Source of the DNA: an uncultured Thermoleophilia bacterium
GTDB lineage: Bacteria; Actinomycetota; Thermoleophilia; UBA2241
NCBI GenBank assembly: GCA_963747935.1
Contig: CAVVGY010000009.1
Span: 72,752-136,751, forward strand
Direction of reading: 5' to 3'
DNA: 64,000 nucleotides
Shown here one piece after another: positions 1 to 8,538 of the stretch. A model generated the notes under the pieces. That model saw nothing but the letters and a program-made list of their open reading frames with translations. It was not told where the DNA came from and made no database searches. Made by a program: the position numbers and the translations under genes. Each line of letters starts with the position of its first letter. The stretch's first letter is position 1.

Positions 1-177
1 ATCGCGGCGGTGCAGCGCTGGACGTTCGCCGAGGGCCTGCGCGGCTACGTCTCGCTGGAGGCGCACATGGCCTGCGGCACGGGGTCGTGCCACGGCTGCG
101 TGGTCGACACGGCGCGCGGCAAGCTTCGCGTGTGCAGCGAGGGGCCGGTGTTCCGGCTGGACGAGGTCACGCCGTAA
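1..177 (+). CDS. pyrK: dihydroorotate dehydrogenase (class 1B) electron-transfer subunit, C-terminal end only (gene runs off the left edge)
   Basis: Frame 1 is open from base 1 and reads ...EAHMACGTGSCHGCVVDTARGKLRVCSEGPVFRLDEV. This is a C-x4-C-x2-C...C 2Fe-2S type ending as in PyrK. Its TAA overlaps the pyrD ATG (TAATG, 175-179). Confidence 0.7.
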   Translation: MAAVQRWTFAEGLRGYVSLEAHMACGTGSCHGCVVDTARGKLRVCSEGPVFRLDEVTP

Positions 178-1130
178 TGGCGGCCGACCTCTCCGTGCGG
201 CTCGGGCCGATCGAGCTCGCGCACCCGCTCGTGGACGCGTCCGGTACGTTCGACCTGCTCGAGTACGCGCGGCGCTACGACGGCGACTACTTCGCAGACT
301 TCCCGTTTGCGGCCTACGTGCCCAAGACCGTCACCGCCGACGCGCGCACCGGCAACCCGGCGCCGCGCGTCACCGAGACCCCGGCCGGCATGATCAACGC
401 CATCGGCCTCGAGAACCCGGGCATCCACACCTGGATCACGCACCTGCCGGAGTGGGCGGCCCTTGAGCAGCCCGTGATCGTGAGCGTCGGCGGCAACGAT
501 CCGGAGCAGTATGCCGCCGTGGTGCGTGCGCTCGAGGAGTATCTGGCGACCGCCCCCACCGGCGAGGCCCCGCGTATCGAGGGCTACGAGCTCAACATCT
601 CGTGCCCCAACGTCTCCAGCGGTCTCCAGATCGGGGCCGATCCTGTGGCCACACGAGAGGTGCTGGCTGCGTGCCGCGAGGCCACCTCGCGTTTTCTGCT
701 CGCCAAGCTCACGCCCAACGTCCGCGACGTCACCGAGATCGGCGGAGCGGCCCTGGAGGCCGGCGCCGACGGCCTCTCTCTCGTCAACACCTTCAAGGCG
801 ATGGTCCTCGACCGCCAGACGCTCAAGCCGTTCCTCGGCAACCGCACGGGCGGGCTCTGTGGACCCGCGATCAAGCCCATCGCCCTGCGCATGGTCGCCG
901 AGGTGGCGCAGGCGTTTCCCGATGCGCCGGTCGTCGGCATGGGCGGCGTGATGACCGGCATGGACGCGCTCGAGTTCATCGCCTGCGGCGCGACGGCTGT
1001 GGCGGTGGGCGCCGCCAACTTCACCTCGTTCGAGGCGCCCGTGCGGATCCTTCAGGAGTTCCGCGACGAGCTCGAGGCGCACGGGTTCGCGTCGGTCGCC
1101 GAGGCGCGCGGGGCGGCGCTTCACGCCTGA
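177..1130 (+). CDS. pyrD: dihydroorotate dehydrogenase, class 1B catalytic subunit
   Basis: In ORF 87..1130 the conserved part begins at ATG 177 (MAADLSVRLGPIELAHPLVDASGTF). It has the NAIGLENPG, ELNISCPN and GMGGV motifs typical of class-1 DHODH and is translationally coupled to pyrK. Confidence 0.9.
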   Translation: MAADLSVRLGPIELAHPLVDASGTFDLLEYARRYDGDYFADFPFAAYVPKTVTADARTGNPAPRVTETPAGMINAIGLENPGIHTWITHLPEWAALEQPVIVSVGGNDPEQYAAVVRALEEYLATAPTGEAPRIEGYELNISCPNVSSGLQIGADPVATREVLAACREATSRFLLAKLTPNVRDVTEIGGAALEAGADGLSLVNTFKAMVLDRQTLKPFLGNRTGGLCGPAIKPIALRMVAEVAQAFPDAPVVGMGGVMTGMDALEFIACGATAVAVGAANFTSFEAPVRILQEFRDELEAHGFASVAEARGAALHA

Positions 1131-1209
1131 GCGCCTGGGCCTGCGGCGGCCTGCGCCCACAGACGCAGGATCGGCGCCAAGATCTCGCGCCAGAACGGCG
1201 CGACCGTGG

Positions 1210-1431
1210 TCAGAGGGGTGACGGTTCGGCCACCGAACCCGGCATGGGCACGACCTGCAGGTCCGGCAGTTCTGCCGCCGGGATGCTGAGCAGCGTCGGC
1301 ATCCGCGCGTCCTCGTCGATGACCCTGACAAGGTAGACCACACCGCCGGCTCTCTCGATACGCTCCAGGACGGTCGCGCGGACGCCGCTGTTCAGCAGAA
1401 CCGTCAACCCGATCGGATCGGGTACCCCCAC
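1210..1431 (-). CDS. hypothetical small protein (73 aa)
   Basis: It is the only non-repetitive ORF in the ~520-bp pyrD-mihF spacer (..VVYLVRVIDEDARMPTLLSIPAAEL..). I recognise no family, and coding status is uncertain. Confidence 0.3.
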   Translation of the reverse strand: MGVPDPIGLTVLLNSGVRATVLERIERAGGVVYLVRVIDEDARMPTLLSIPAAELPDLQVVPMPGSVAEPSPL

Positions 1432-1635
1432 GCGCCCCCCTCGCTGGCCCTACAGAGCCCAACGAGCGGCGGGCGCGATACTTAGCGCCACGAGGAGTCT
1501 CAGGCCACCATCTGCTTCCCGTGCTCGGCACCAGGCTCATCGGCCGGCTCGACGGCGAAAAAGTATGGAGATGGAGGGACTTTGCGGGACCGCACGGAGG
1601 CCGAAACCGCCTTGCAGGCACGGTCCGTCCCGACA

Positions 1636-1641
1636 TATACT
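1636..1641 (+). promoter_or_regulatory. candidate -10 hexamer TATACT placed for a leaderless mihF transcript
   Basis: TATACT ends 8 nt before the mihF ATG (1650) and no Shine-Dalgarno lies between them. The same hexamer recurs upstream of rimP and mglB. Confidence 0.3.
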
Positions 1642-1649
1642 CTCGCGCG

Positions 1650-1985
1650 ATGTCCGCCTCCTCTTCCAAGCAGTTCAACACGGCCCCGGCCCGGTCGCTC
1701 GGCCAGCGCATGGACGCGCTGGGCAAGGCCAACGAGGTCCGCAGCCGCCGCGCGACGCTCAAATCCGACCTCAAGCACGGTCGCATGAGCATCAACGAGA
1801 TCCTCGCCGCGCCGCCCGAGTACCTGCTCACCGCCAAGGTCGCGGACCTGCTCATGGCCGCCCCCAAGTGCGGCCGCGTCAAGTCCGCGCGCATCATGGA
1901 GCAGTGCCGCATCAGCCCGAGCAAGACCGTCGGCGGTCTCTCGGAGCGCCAGCGGCACGAACTGCTCGCCTACTTCGGAGGCTGA
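1650..1985 (+). CDS. mihF: integration host factor, actinobacterial type (MihF)
   Basis: The internal ATG of ORF 1521..1985 gives MSASSSKQFNTAPARSLGQRMDALGKANEVRSRRATLKSDLKHGRMSINEIL...GLSERQRHELLAYFG. The gene sits immediately upstream of gmk-rpoZ, as in the actinobacterial mihF-gmk-rpoZ arrangement. Confidence 0.85.
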   Translation: MSASSSKQFNTAPARSLGQRMDALGKANEVRSRRATLKSDLKHGRMSINEILAAPPEYLLTAKVADLLMAAPKCGRVKSARIMEQCRISPSKTVGGLSERQRHELLAYFGG

Positions 1986-1997
1986 CCCATCCCGGCA

Positions 1998-2549
1998 GTG
2001 TTCGTCATCTCGGGGCCCTCGGGCGCCGGGAAGGGGACCGTCATCGCCCTCGTCCGCCAGCGGCTCGACCACGTGGTGACGTCGGTGTCGGCCACCACCC
2101 GCGCACCCAGGCCCGGCGAGGCCGACGGCCGGGAGTACCACTTTCTCGACGAGCAGGCGTTTCGCGTCGCCGTGGCGGCGGGGGACTTCCTGGAATGGGT
2201 AGAGTACAGTGGGAACCTGTACGGAACGCTCCGCAGTGAGGTGGAGCGCAAGGTCGCGGCCGGCGACGACGTGATCCTCGAGATCGAGCTCATCGGCGCG
2301 CGGGCCGTGCGCAAGACCATGCCGGAGGCCATCTCGGTGTTCATCGCACCACCGAGCATGGCCGAGCTCGCGCAGCGGCTTCGCGGCCGCGGCACGGAGA
2401 CGGCGGCCGCCATCGCGAAGCGTCTGCACAGGGCGGAGGCCGAGGTCGCCGCAGCAAAGGAGTTCGACCACGTCGTGGTGAACGACGAGGCTGGGCGCGC
2501 CGCCGACGAGGTGGCCGCCATCATCGAAGCGCAGAGGAAGGAACACTAA
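1998..2549 (+). CDS. gmk: guanylate kinase
   Basis: GTG start. P-loop VISGPSGAGKGT, plus SATTRAPRPGEADGREYHF and EIELIGA motifs. Confidence 0.9.
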   Translation: MFVISGPSGAGKGTVIALVRQRLDHVVTSVSATTRAPRPGEADGREYHFLDEQAFRVAVAAGDFLEWVEYSGNLYGTLRSEVERKVAAGDDVILEIELIGARAVRKTMPEAISVFIAPPSMAELAQRLRGRGTETAAAIAKRLHRAEAEVAAAKEFDHVVVNDEAGRAADEVAAIIEAQRKEH

Positions 2550-2789
2550 GTGGATAAGCCCCGCATCGACGAGCTGCTCCCGCACGCGGACGGCTCTCGC
2601 TACGAACTCGTCATGATCGCCGCCAAGCGCGCGCGGCAGATCAACAACTACTACCACAGCCTTGGCGAGAACACGCTCGGGCTCGAGGAGCTCACGCCGC
2701 CGCTCATCACGACGCGCAGCACGAACCTCCTCACCATCGCCTTCGAGGAGATCGTCGACAACAAGATCGACCACGAGACGCCTGACTGA
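2550..2789 (+). CDS. rpoZ: DNA-directed RNA polymerase subunit omega
   Basis: 79 aa with the RYELVMIAAKRARQINNYY core. The start abuts the gmk stop. Confidence 0.85.
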   Translation: MDKPRIDELLPHADGSRYELVMIAAKRARQINNYYHSLGENTLGLEELTPPLITTRSTNLLTIAFEEIVDNKIDHETPD

Positions 2790-2800
2790 GTGAGCCGTCG

Positions 2801-4013
2801 GTGAGCGACGTCCCCACCATGCATGCCGCCCGCACCGTGCTCGTCGGTGTCACGGGCGGCATCGCCATCTACAAGGCCGTCGAGCTGGTACGCGGCCTGG
2901 TCAAGGACGGGTACCAGCCGCTGGTCGTGACCACTGAGGCCGCCCAGCGCTTCGTCATGCCGCTCACCTTCGCCGCCGTCTCGCAGGCGCCGGTGCTGGA
3001 CGACCAGAGCGCCTGGCAGGCCAGCGGCGGCTGGTTCCAGCACATCGAGGCGGCCCGGCAGGCGAGCGTGATGGTCGTGGCTCCCGCCACCGCCAACACG
3101 CTCGCCAAGATGGCCGCCGGCATGGCCGACAACCTGCTCACGGCCATCTACCTCGCATTCCGCGGCCCCGTGATCGTCGCGCCCACCATGAACTGGGCGA
3201 TGAACGAGCACGCCGCCACGCGTCGAGAACCTCCGCGTGCTCGCGGAGCGTGGGGTGGAGGTGCTGCCCACCGAGAGCGGCGAGCTCGCCTGCGGCGAAG
3301 AGGGATCGGGGCGGATGGCATCTCCTGAGGCCATCCGCATGGCCGTGCGCCGAGCGCTCGCGGCCTCTGCGTCGGGGCCGCTGGCCGGCAAGAAGGTCGT
3401 CGTCACCTCCGGTGGCACGCGCGAGCGCATCGACGCCGTGCGCTTCATCGGCAACCGCTCCAGCGGCAAGATGGGGCGCGCGGTGGCCGACGAGGCCTAC
3501 CTGCGCGGCGCCCAGGTCACGCTCGTCACGACGCAGCCCGCCGAGGGCGCGGTGTACAACGTGGTGCCGGTAGAGAGCGCCGCTGAGATGGCCGCGGCCG
3601 TCTCCGAGGCCGTGCGCGACGCGGACGTCCTCGTCATGGCGGCGGCTGTGGCCGACTTCCGACCGCAGGACGAAGAGGGTGGCAAGATCGAACGCGGCGA
3701 CCGCGAGACGCTCACGCTCCAGCTCGTGCGCACCGTGGACGTGCTCGCGTCCACCGCCCGTCCCGGGCTCTTCCGCGTCGGCTTCGCCGCGGAGGCCGGC
3801 CCGCGCCTCGACCGCGCCCGGGCCAAGAAGGCCGCCAAGGGCGTCGACCTCCTCGTCTTCAACGACATCCTCGCCGAGGGCGTGGGCATCGGCTCGGACG
3901 AGAACGAGATCACCATCCTCACGCCGGACGCCGAGGTGCACGTACCGCGCACGACCAAGACGGCCTGCGCGGCCGCCATCGCCGACCACATCGAGCAGGG
4001 GCTGTCGCGGTGA
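2801..4013 (+). pseudogene. coaBC: bifunctional phosphopantothenoylcysteine decarboxylase / phosphopantothenate-cysteine ligase (CoaBC), reading frame broken once near 3222
   Basis: ORF 2801..3328 carries the CoaC half (VGVTGGIAIYKAVELVR...APATANTLAKMAAGMADNLL...MNWAMNEHAAT). The family continuation ENLRVLAERGVEVLPTESGELACGEEGSGRMASPEAI and the whole CoaB half (VTSGGTRERIDAVRFIGNRSSGKMG) lie in the frame of ORF 3237..4013. A 1-nt indel near 3221-3225 joins the two. Confidence 0.85.
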
Positions 4014-4567
4014 CGCTCGAGCGCGCACCGGTACTGGCAGAGGTCGAGTCACGCGTCACCAACGAGAACCTGCGCCGGCACATGCTGGCCACCGAGGCGA
4101 TCATGCGCGCGCTCGCCGTGCACTTCGGCGAGGACGCGGACGTCTGGGGCCTGGCCGGCCTCGGGCACGACCTGGACACGGAGGAGACCGAGGACGACGT
4201 CACGCGGCACGGCGCCCTCGCCGCGGAGACGCTGCGGGGTCTCGGGCTGCCCGAAGAAGCCGTGCATGCCGTGGCTGCGCACAACCCGGACACCGGTGTC
4301 GAGGCGACCGAACGGATCGACGTGGCTCTGGTGGCGGCGGACCAGCTCAGCGGCCTCATCACCGCGGCGGCGCTCGTCCGCCCGGAGAAGGACCTCGCCG
4401 GCGTCAAGCTCAAGTCGGTGCGCAAGCGATACCGCGAGGGCGCGTTCGCGCGCGGGGTCGACCGGGAGTCGATCGCCCGCTGTGCAGAGCTGGGTCTCGA
4501 CCTCGACGAGTTCCTCGCCCTCGGGCTCGAGGCCATGCAGGCCGTCGCGCCCGATCTCGGCCTCTGA
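4010..4567 (+). CDS. HD/HDIG-domain phosphohydrolase-like protein
   Basis: 185 aa with ...NLRRHMLATEAIMRAL...GLGHDLD...AVAAHN motifs of HD-domain proteins. The GTG start overlaps the coaBC stop (GTGA). Confidence 0.65.
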   Translation: MTLERAPVLAEVESRVTNENLRRHMLATEAIMRALAVHFGEDADVWGLAGLGHDLDTEETEDDVTRHGALAAETLRGLGLPEEAVHAVAAHNPDTGVEATERIDVALVAADQLSGLITAAALVRPEKDLAGVKLKSVRKRYREGAFARGVDRESIARCAELGLDLDEFLALGLEAMQAVAPDLGL

Positions 4568-4575
4568 GAGCGCCC

Positions 4576-4965
4576 GTGGAGTCAGTCGAGCGCCGCGTCC
4601 CCGAGTTCAGCGAGAGCAGCGAGGCCTACACGCTGTTCCGCCGCGGCGCGGAGTTCCTGGACGACGGCCACCCGGCACAGGCGTCCCTGTACCTGTCCCG
4701 CGCCTTGAGCCTCGAGCCTGGCAAGAACTCCATCCGCGAGGCCCTCGCCCGCGCCGAATTCGCGCTGGGGCGCTACGAGCACGCCGCTCAACTCTTTGAA
4801 GAGGTGGTCGAGACGGCGCCCGTCAACGACTACGCCCACTACGCGCTCGCGCGCTGCCTGCGCCTGCTGGGGCGCAGGGAAGAGGCGCGGGCCCACCTGC
4901 GGCTGGCCCGCGCCCTGCACCCCGCCTGCGAGACCTACCGCAAGCCGCTCGACGGCGTCGACTGA
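4576..4965 (+). CDS. tetratricopeptide-repeat protein
   Basis: Only the last ~129 codons of ORF 3679..4965 look real: YTLFRRGAEFLDDGHPAQASLYLSRALSLEPGKNSIREALARAEFALGRYEHAAQLFEEVVETAPVNDYAHYALARCL (TPR-like). An in-frame GTG lies at 4576. Confidence 0.55.
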   Translation: MESVERRVPEFSESSEAYTLFRRGAEFLDDGHPAQASLYLSRALSLEPGKNSIREALARAEFALGRYEHAAQLFEEVVETAPVNDYAHYALARCLRLLGRREEARAHLRLARALHPACETYRKPLDGVD

Positions 4966-4998
4966 CCGGCGCCGGGCGGGTCTCCACGGCCCGGGGGC

Positions 4999-6087
4999 TC
5001 AGCCGGGCAGGGCGGGCGGAGGCGGCGTCCCGTGAGTCTCCTGCTGCGGCGGGACGACGGGCACGGCCGGCAGCGCCGGGTCCGAAGGCGCTCCGCTCTG
5101 CGACCGTGCGAGCGCGTGGACCGGGAGCCCGTCGGGGCCTCCGGGTCGCTGCGCCAGCGCCTCCGGCCCCACGTGCGCCATGTCCAGCAGAACCTTGATG
5201 CGCTCCGAGATCGGCGGGTGGGTGTCGAACACGCCGGTGATCTCTTTCGCCTTCTTGAGCGGGTTGGCGATGTAGAGGTGCGCGGTGGCGCGGTTGGCGT
5301 GCCGCAGCTTCCCGGGGTCTGAGGCGATGTCGTTCAGGGCGCGAGCGAGACCCAGCGGATTCCGCGTGAGCTCCACTGCGGAGGCGTCGGCGAGGTACTC
5401 GCGCCGCCGCGACACGGCGAACTGCACGCCGTAGGCGGCAAGCGGGGCGAGGATCGCGAGCACGAGCGCGACGATCATGAAGATGGCCTGCCCCTGGTCG
5501 CCGCCGGAGCCGCCTCCGCCGCGCCGGCGGCCCATGCCGCCCCAGAAGCTCCAGCGAAGGAAGAAGTCGGCGATGAGCGCGATCATGCCCACCAGGATGC
5601 CGACCAGGGTCTCGAAGCGGATGTCGTAGTTGCGGATGTGCGACATCTCGTGGGCGATCACGCCCTGGAGTTCCTCGCGGTCCAGCCGGTCGAGCAGGCC
5701 TTTGGTCACGGCGACCGACGCGTGCTGCGGGTCGCGCCCGGTCGCCAGCGCATTCGGCGCGGCCTCGTCGAGCACGTACACCGCCGGCACCTGAGGCAGG
5801 CCGGCGGCGATCGTCATCTCCTCGACGATGTTGTAGAGCTGCGGCTCCTCGGCGTGCGTGACGCGGCGGGCGCCGCTGACCGCCAGGATCATCCTGTCAC
5901 CGCTGTAGTAGCCGATGATGCTCCACACGATGGCGGCGATGCCGAACACGCCCAGCAGGCCGATGCCGCCGGAGGAGCCGCCCAGCGTCGCGTAGCCTAT
6001 GGCGAAGCCCAGCGCCGCGAGGATGGCGACGACCAGGCCGGCGAGCAGCCAGGACGCTCGGCGGTTGCGGGCGATCTGTTCGTACAT
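4999..6087 (-). CDS. htpX: M48-family zinc metalloprotease (HtpX-like)
   Basis: 362 aa with N-terminal TM helices, the HEMSHIRNYD zinc motif, further TM helices, and a Pro/Gly-rich tail. Confidence 0.85.
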   Translation of the reverse strand: MYEQIARNRRASWLLAGLVVAILAALGFAIGYATLGGSSGGIGLLGVFGIAAIVWSIIGYYSGDRMILAVSGARRVTHAEEPQLYNIVEEMTIAAGLPQVPAVYVLDEAAPNALATGRDPQHASVAVTKGLLDRLDREELQGVIAHEMSHIRNYDIRFETLVGILVGMIALIADFFLRWSFWGGMGRRRGGGGSGGDQGQAIFMIVALVLAILAPLAAYGVQFAVSRRREYLADASAVELTRNPLGLARALNDIASDPGKLRHANRATAHLYIANPLKKAKEITGVFDTHPPISERIKVLLDMAHVGPEALAQRPGGPDGLPVHALARSQSGAPSDPALPAVPVVPPQQETHGTPPPPALPG

Positions 6088-6114
6088 GCGACCCTGCTGC
6101 TGGGCGGTACCGGT

Positions 6115-6675
6115 CTACCTGAGATCGACGGCGGGAACGGCGCGGTCGCTCTCGGGCGCCTCGAAGAACTGCCGCGTGGTGAAGTTGAACATCCCGGCGA
6201 TGAGGTTGGACGGGAACATCTGGATCTTGTTGTTATAGGTGAGCACGCTGTCGTTGTAGAACTGCCGCGCGAAGGCGATCTTGTTCTCCGTGGACGTGAG
6301 CTCCTCCTGGAGTTGCATGACGTTCTGGTTGGCCTTGAGGTCCGGGTAGTTCTCGGTCACGGCGAACAGGCTCTTGAGCGTGCCGGTGAGGATGTTCTCG
6401 GCCTCGGCCTGCGCCTGCGGGCCCTGCTTGCCGGCGTCGATCGCCGCCGCGCGCGCCTGGGTGACGGCCGTGAGCGTGTCCTGCTCGTAGGCCATGTAGT
6501 CCTTGACCGACTCGACCAGGTTGGGGATGAGATCGTGCCGGCGCTTGAGCTGCACCTCGATCTGGCTCCACGAGTTGTCGACCTGGTTGCGGCGCTTGAC
6601 GAGCCCGTTGTACATGCCGGCCAGTATGGCGACGATCGCGACCACGATGACGATGAGGACGATGACGGCGATCAA
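6115..6675 (-). CDS. lemA: LemA family protein
   Basis: [51 protein letters not shown] is a typical LemA sequence. The likely TTG start at 6675 is preceded by GAAAGGAG, and there is one N-terminal TM helix. The gene lies directly upstream of htpX on the same strand. Confidence 0.85.
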   Translation of the reverse strand: MIAVIVLIVIVVAIVAILAGMYNGLVKRRNQVDNSWSQIEVQLKRRHDLIPNLVESVKDYMAYEQDTLTAVTQARAAAIDAGKQGPQAQAEAENILTGTLKSLFAVTENYPDLKANQNVMQLQEELTSTENKIAFARQFYNDSVLTYNNKIQMFPSNLIAGMFNFTTRQFFEAPESDRAVPAVDLR

Positions 6676-6784
6676 GCGGCGCTCCTTTCGTTGTTCCGTG
6701 CTATGTGCGTAGTGTACGCCACCGGGGAGAACCCACCAGGTGTGCGTGTGACACAGCCGCACGGCTTCACTATCCTAGGTTCCC

Positions 6785-7586
6785 ATGAAGGCGCGTACCC
6801 GAGACATCATCTTCCTGGCCGCCGGCCTTGCCGTGCTGCTCGCCGCCGTGATCGGCGGGTACTCCGTGGTGCGCGCCCGCGCCGCAGGCTCGGGCGCGTC
6901 CCAGTCCCTGGCGCCGGTGCCTTCTCCTACGCCGGGGGCCTCCGGCGCCCCCGCGCCGCAGTACGAGCGCTGGACCGTGGGCAAGGCCGCGGGCCGGTGG
7001 TCGTCTACACGCAGCGCCAGCACGTCCGCGCCGGTCAAGACCCAACTCGGCAAGCTCAACCAGAACGGCTACCCGATGCTGGTGCTGGTCGACTCGATCA
7101 AAGGACGTGGGCGGCAAGGTCTGGTACAGCGTCTGGGTGCGCGATGCGCCCCAACGGGACGCGCGGCTGGGTCCCCGAGGACAAGCTCGCCTTCTACACC
7201 ACCTCCGTCCAAGATCATCATCGACCTGTCGGAGCGCAAGCTCTACGTGTACAAGCGGCGGGGCGAGGGCATCGCCAAGTACAGCGTCGCGGTCGGCAGG
7301 CCGGGCCTGTCAGCACGCCCACGGGCTTCTACTACATCGACGCAGAAGCTCAAGCCGTCCACGACCCGAACGGGGTGTACGGAGTGCTGGCGATCGGCAT
7401 CAGCGCGTTCCAGCCCAAGCTTGCGACTGGCGAGCAGGGCGGTCCGGTCGCGATCCACGGGACCAACGAGCCGTGGCTCATCGGCAAGGCGATCAGCCAC
7501 GGGTGCGTGCGCATGACCAACAAAGACGTACTCAAGGAAGTGAGCCGCCGGTGCCGGCGGGCAGCCCGGTCGAGATCGTCAAGTAG
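6785..7586 (+). pseudogene. L,D-transpeptidase (YkuD domain) with signal anchor, broken by at least five frameshifts
   Basis: The protein can only be read by hopping frames. The segments are MKARTRDIIFLAAGLAVLLAAV... (frame 2), DVGGKVWYSVWVRDAP (frame 3), NGTRGWVPEDKLAFYTTSV (frame 1), KIIIDLSERKLYVYKRRGEGIAKYSVAVGRPG (frame 2), VSTPTGFYYIDAEAQ...PVAIHGTNEPWLIGKAISHGCVRMTNKDVLKEV (frame 1) and VPAGSPVEIVK* (frame 3). The shifts lie near 7102, 7150, 7210, 7305 and 7549. Confidence 0.75.
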
Positions 7587-7592
7587 CGGGGC

Positions 7593-7877
7593 TCACCAGT
7601 ACTCTCCCTGGTGCAGGAGCATGTCGTGGGCCTTGCACTTGGGGCACGTGTACGACGCGGCCTTCTCGAGGAAGAAGAGTTCGCTCCCGCAGATCACGCA
7701 ACGGAACTCGTCCACGTGGATGTCGGCGCCGGTCATGTCGACCTCGGCGATGATGCCGCACTCCACGCAGTAGGAGGGCATGAAGCGCTGGCGCGGGTCG
7801 TACACGCTGACCCCCCAGCGGATCCGGTCGGCCTTGTAGCCGCATTGGCGGCACTCGAACGTCGTGTACTCACCCAT
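7593..7877 (-). CDS. hypothetical double zinc-ribbon protein (94 aa, four CxxC pairs)
   Basis: MGEYTTFECRQCGY...YCVECGI...FRCVICGS...YTCPKCKAH. The four evenly spaced CxxC motifs give a coherent non-repetitive sequence. Confidence 0.55.
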   Translation of the reverse strand: MGEYTTFECRQCGYKADRIRWGVSVYDPRQRFMPSYCVECGIIAEVDMTGADIHVDEFRCVICGSELFFLEKAASYTCPKCKAHDMLLHQGEYW

Positions 7878-7980
7878 CGTCGCCTCGCCCTCTCACCGAG
7901 TCTCCACTGCACGTTCACTATCGGCAGAACAGGCTGGAGCCTGAGCGTGGGCTTCCTTGTACGCCTCGCGAGCCCGGTGC

Positions 7981-7986
7981 TATACT
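7981..7986 (+). promoter_or_regulatory. candidate -10 hexamer TATACT of the rimP-nusA-infB operon
   Basis: TATACT lies in the AT-richer spacer ~80 nt upstream of rimP. It is the same hexamer as upstream of mihF and mglB. Confidence 0.3.
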
Positions 7987-8027
7987 CTCTCGAGCAAGAC
8001 AACACCACGAGGCGGCACTTCTGCGTG

Positions 8028-8056
8028 AAAGTCGGTGGCAACCGACTTTTCTCGTG
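8028..8056 (+). terminator. leader hairpin plus U-rich tract (attenuator-like) just upstream of rimP
   Basis: AAAGTCGGT(8028-8036)/ACCGACTTT(8041-8049) form a perfect 9-bp stem with a GGCA loop, followed by TTTTCTCGTGTT. It ends 12 nt before the rimP ATG. Confidence 0.45.
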
Positions 8057-8067
8057 TTAGGGGTCGT

Positions 8068-8538
8068 ATGAGGGAGAAGAGAGAGGAACTGGAGAAGGAG
8101 ATCGAGACCGCGCTCGCCGAGCACTTCCCGGAGGTCGAACTGGTCGACTTCGAGGTGCGCGGACGGGCGACGCCGACTCTCACGCTGTTCATCGACCGCC
8201 CCGGAGGGGTCGACGTCGACCTCTGCGCCGCAGTCAGTCTGGCGCTCGAGGATCTGCGTGAGCGCTTCGCGCTCGAGGTCTCGTCCCCTGGCCTGGACAG
8301 GAGGCTCCGCAAGCCGGAGCACTTCGCCGTTCAGGTCGGCCGTGAGGTGGCCGTCCAGATGGCCGAACCCATCGACGGTCGCCGCAACTTCCGCGGCGTG
8401 CTGGCGGCGGCCGGGCCGGACTCAATCACCCTCACGCTCGAGGGCGGGGCAGCGGTCACGCTGCCGCTGGCCGGCCTCGGCAAGGCGCACGTGGTCCACA
8501 ACTTTGAGACAGACGCAAAACGACGGAGGCCATCGTGA
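8068..8538 (+). CDS. rimP: ribosome maturation factor RimP
   Basis: MREKREELEKEIETALAEHFPEVELVDFEVRGRATPTLTLFIDRPGGVDVDLCAAVS...LEVSSPGLDRRL. An AGGGG Shine-Dalgarno precedes ATG 8068, and the gene lies directly upstream of nusA. Confidence 0.85.
   Translation: MREKREELEKEIETALAEHFPEVELVDFEVRGRATPTLTLFIDRPGGVDVDLCAAVSLALEDLRERFALEVSSPGLDRRLRKPEHFAVQVGREVAVQMAEPIDGRRNFRGVLAAAGPDSITLTLEGGAAVTLPLAGLGKAHVVHNFETDAKRRRPS

Noticed and set aside
3679-4965. 428-aa ORF, and similar long N-terminal extensions of ORFs 29064..30794, 17880..19628, 40005..41666, 40894..42117, 49359..52172 and 20142..21314
   Set aside because: Only the 3' portions match protein families (TPR, ThpR, M16, HflX, Dut, phosphoesterase, DapA). 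The upstream parts overlap conserved genes in other frames and are low-complexity, so internal starts were chosen.
5638-7773. 711-aa plus-strand ORF
   Set aside because: Most of it is antisense to htpX and lemA. Only the stretch ~7306-7550 (STPTGFYYIDAEAQ...SHGCVRMTNKD) is real coding sequence, and that stretch is one frame-segment of the broken L,D-transpeptidase.
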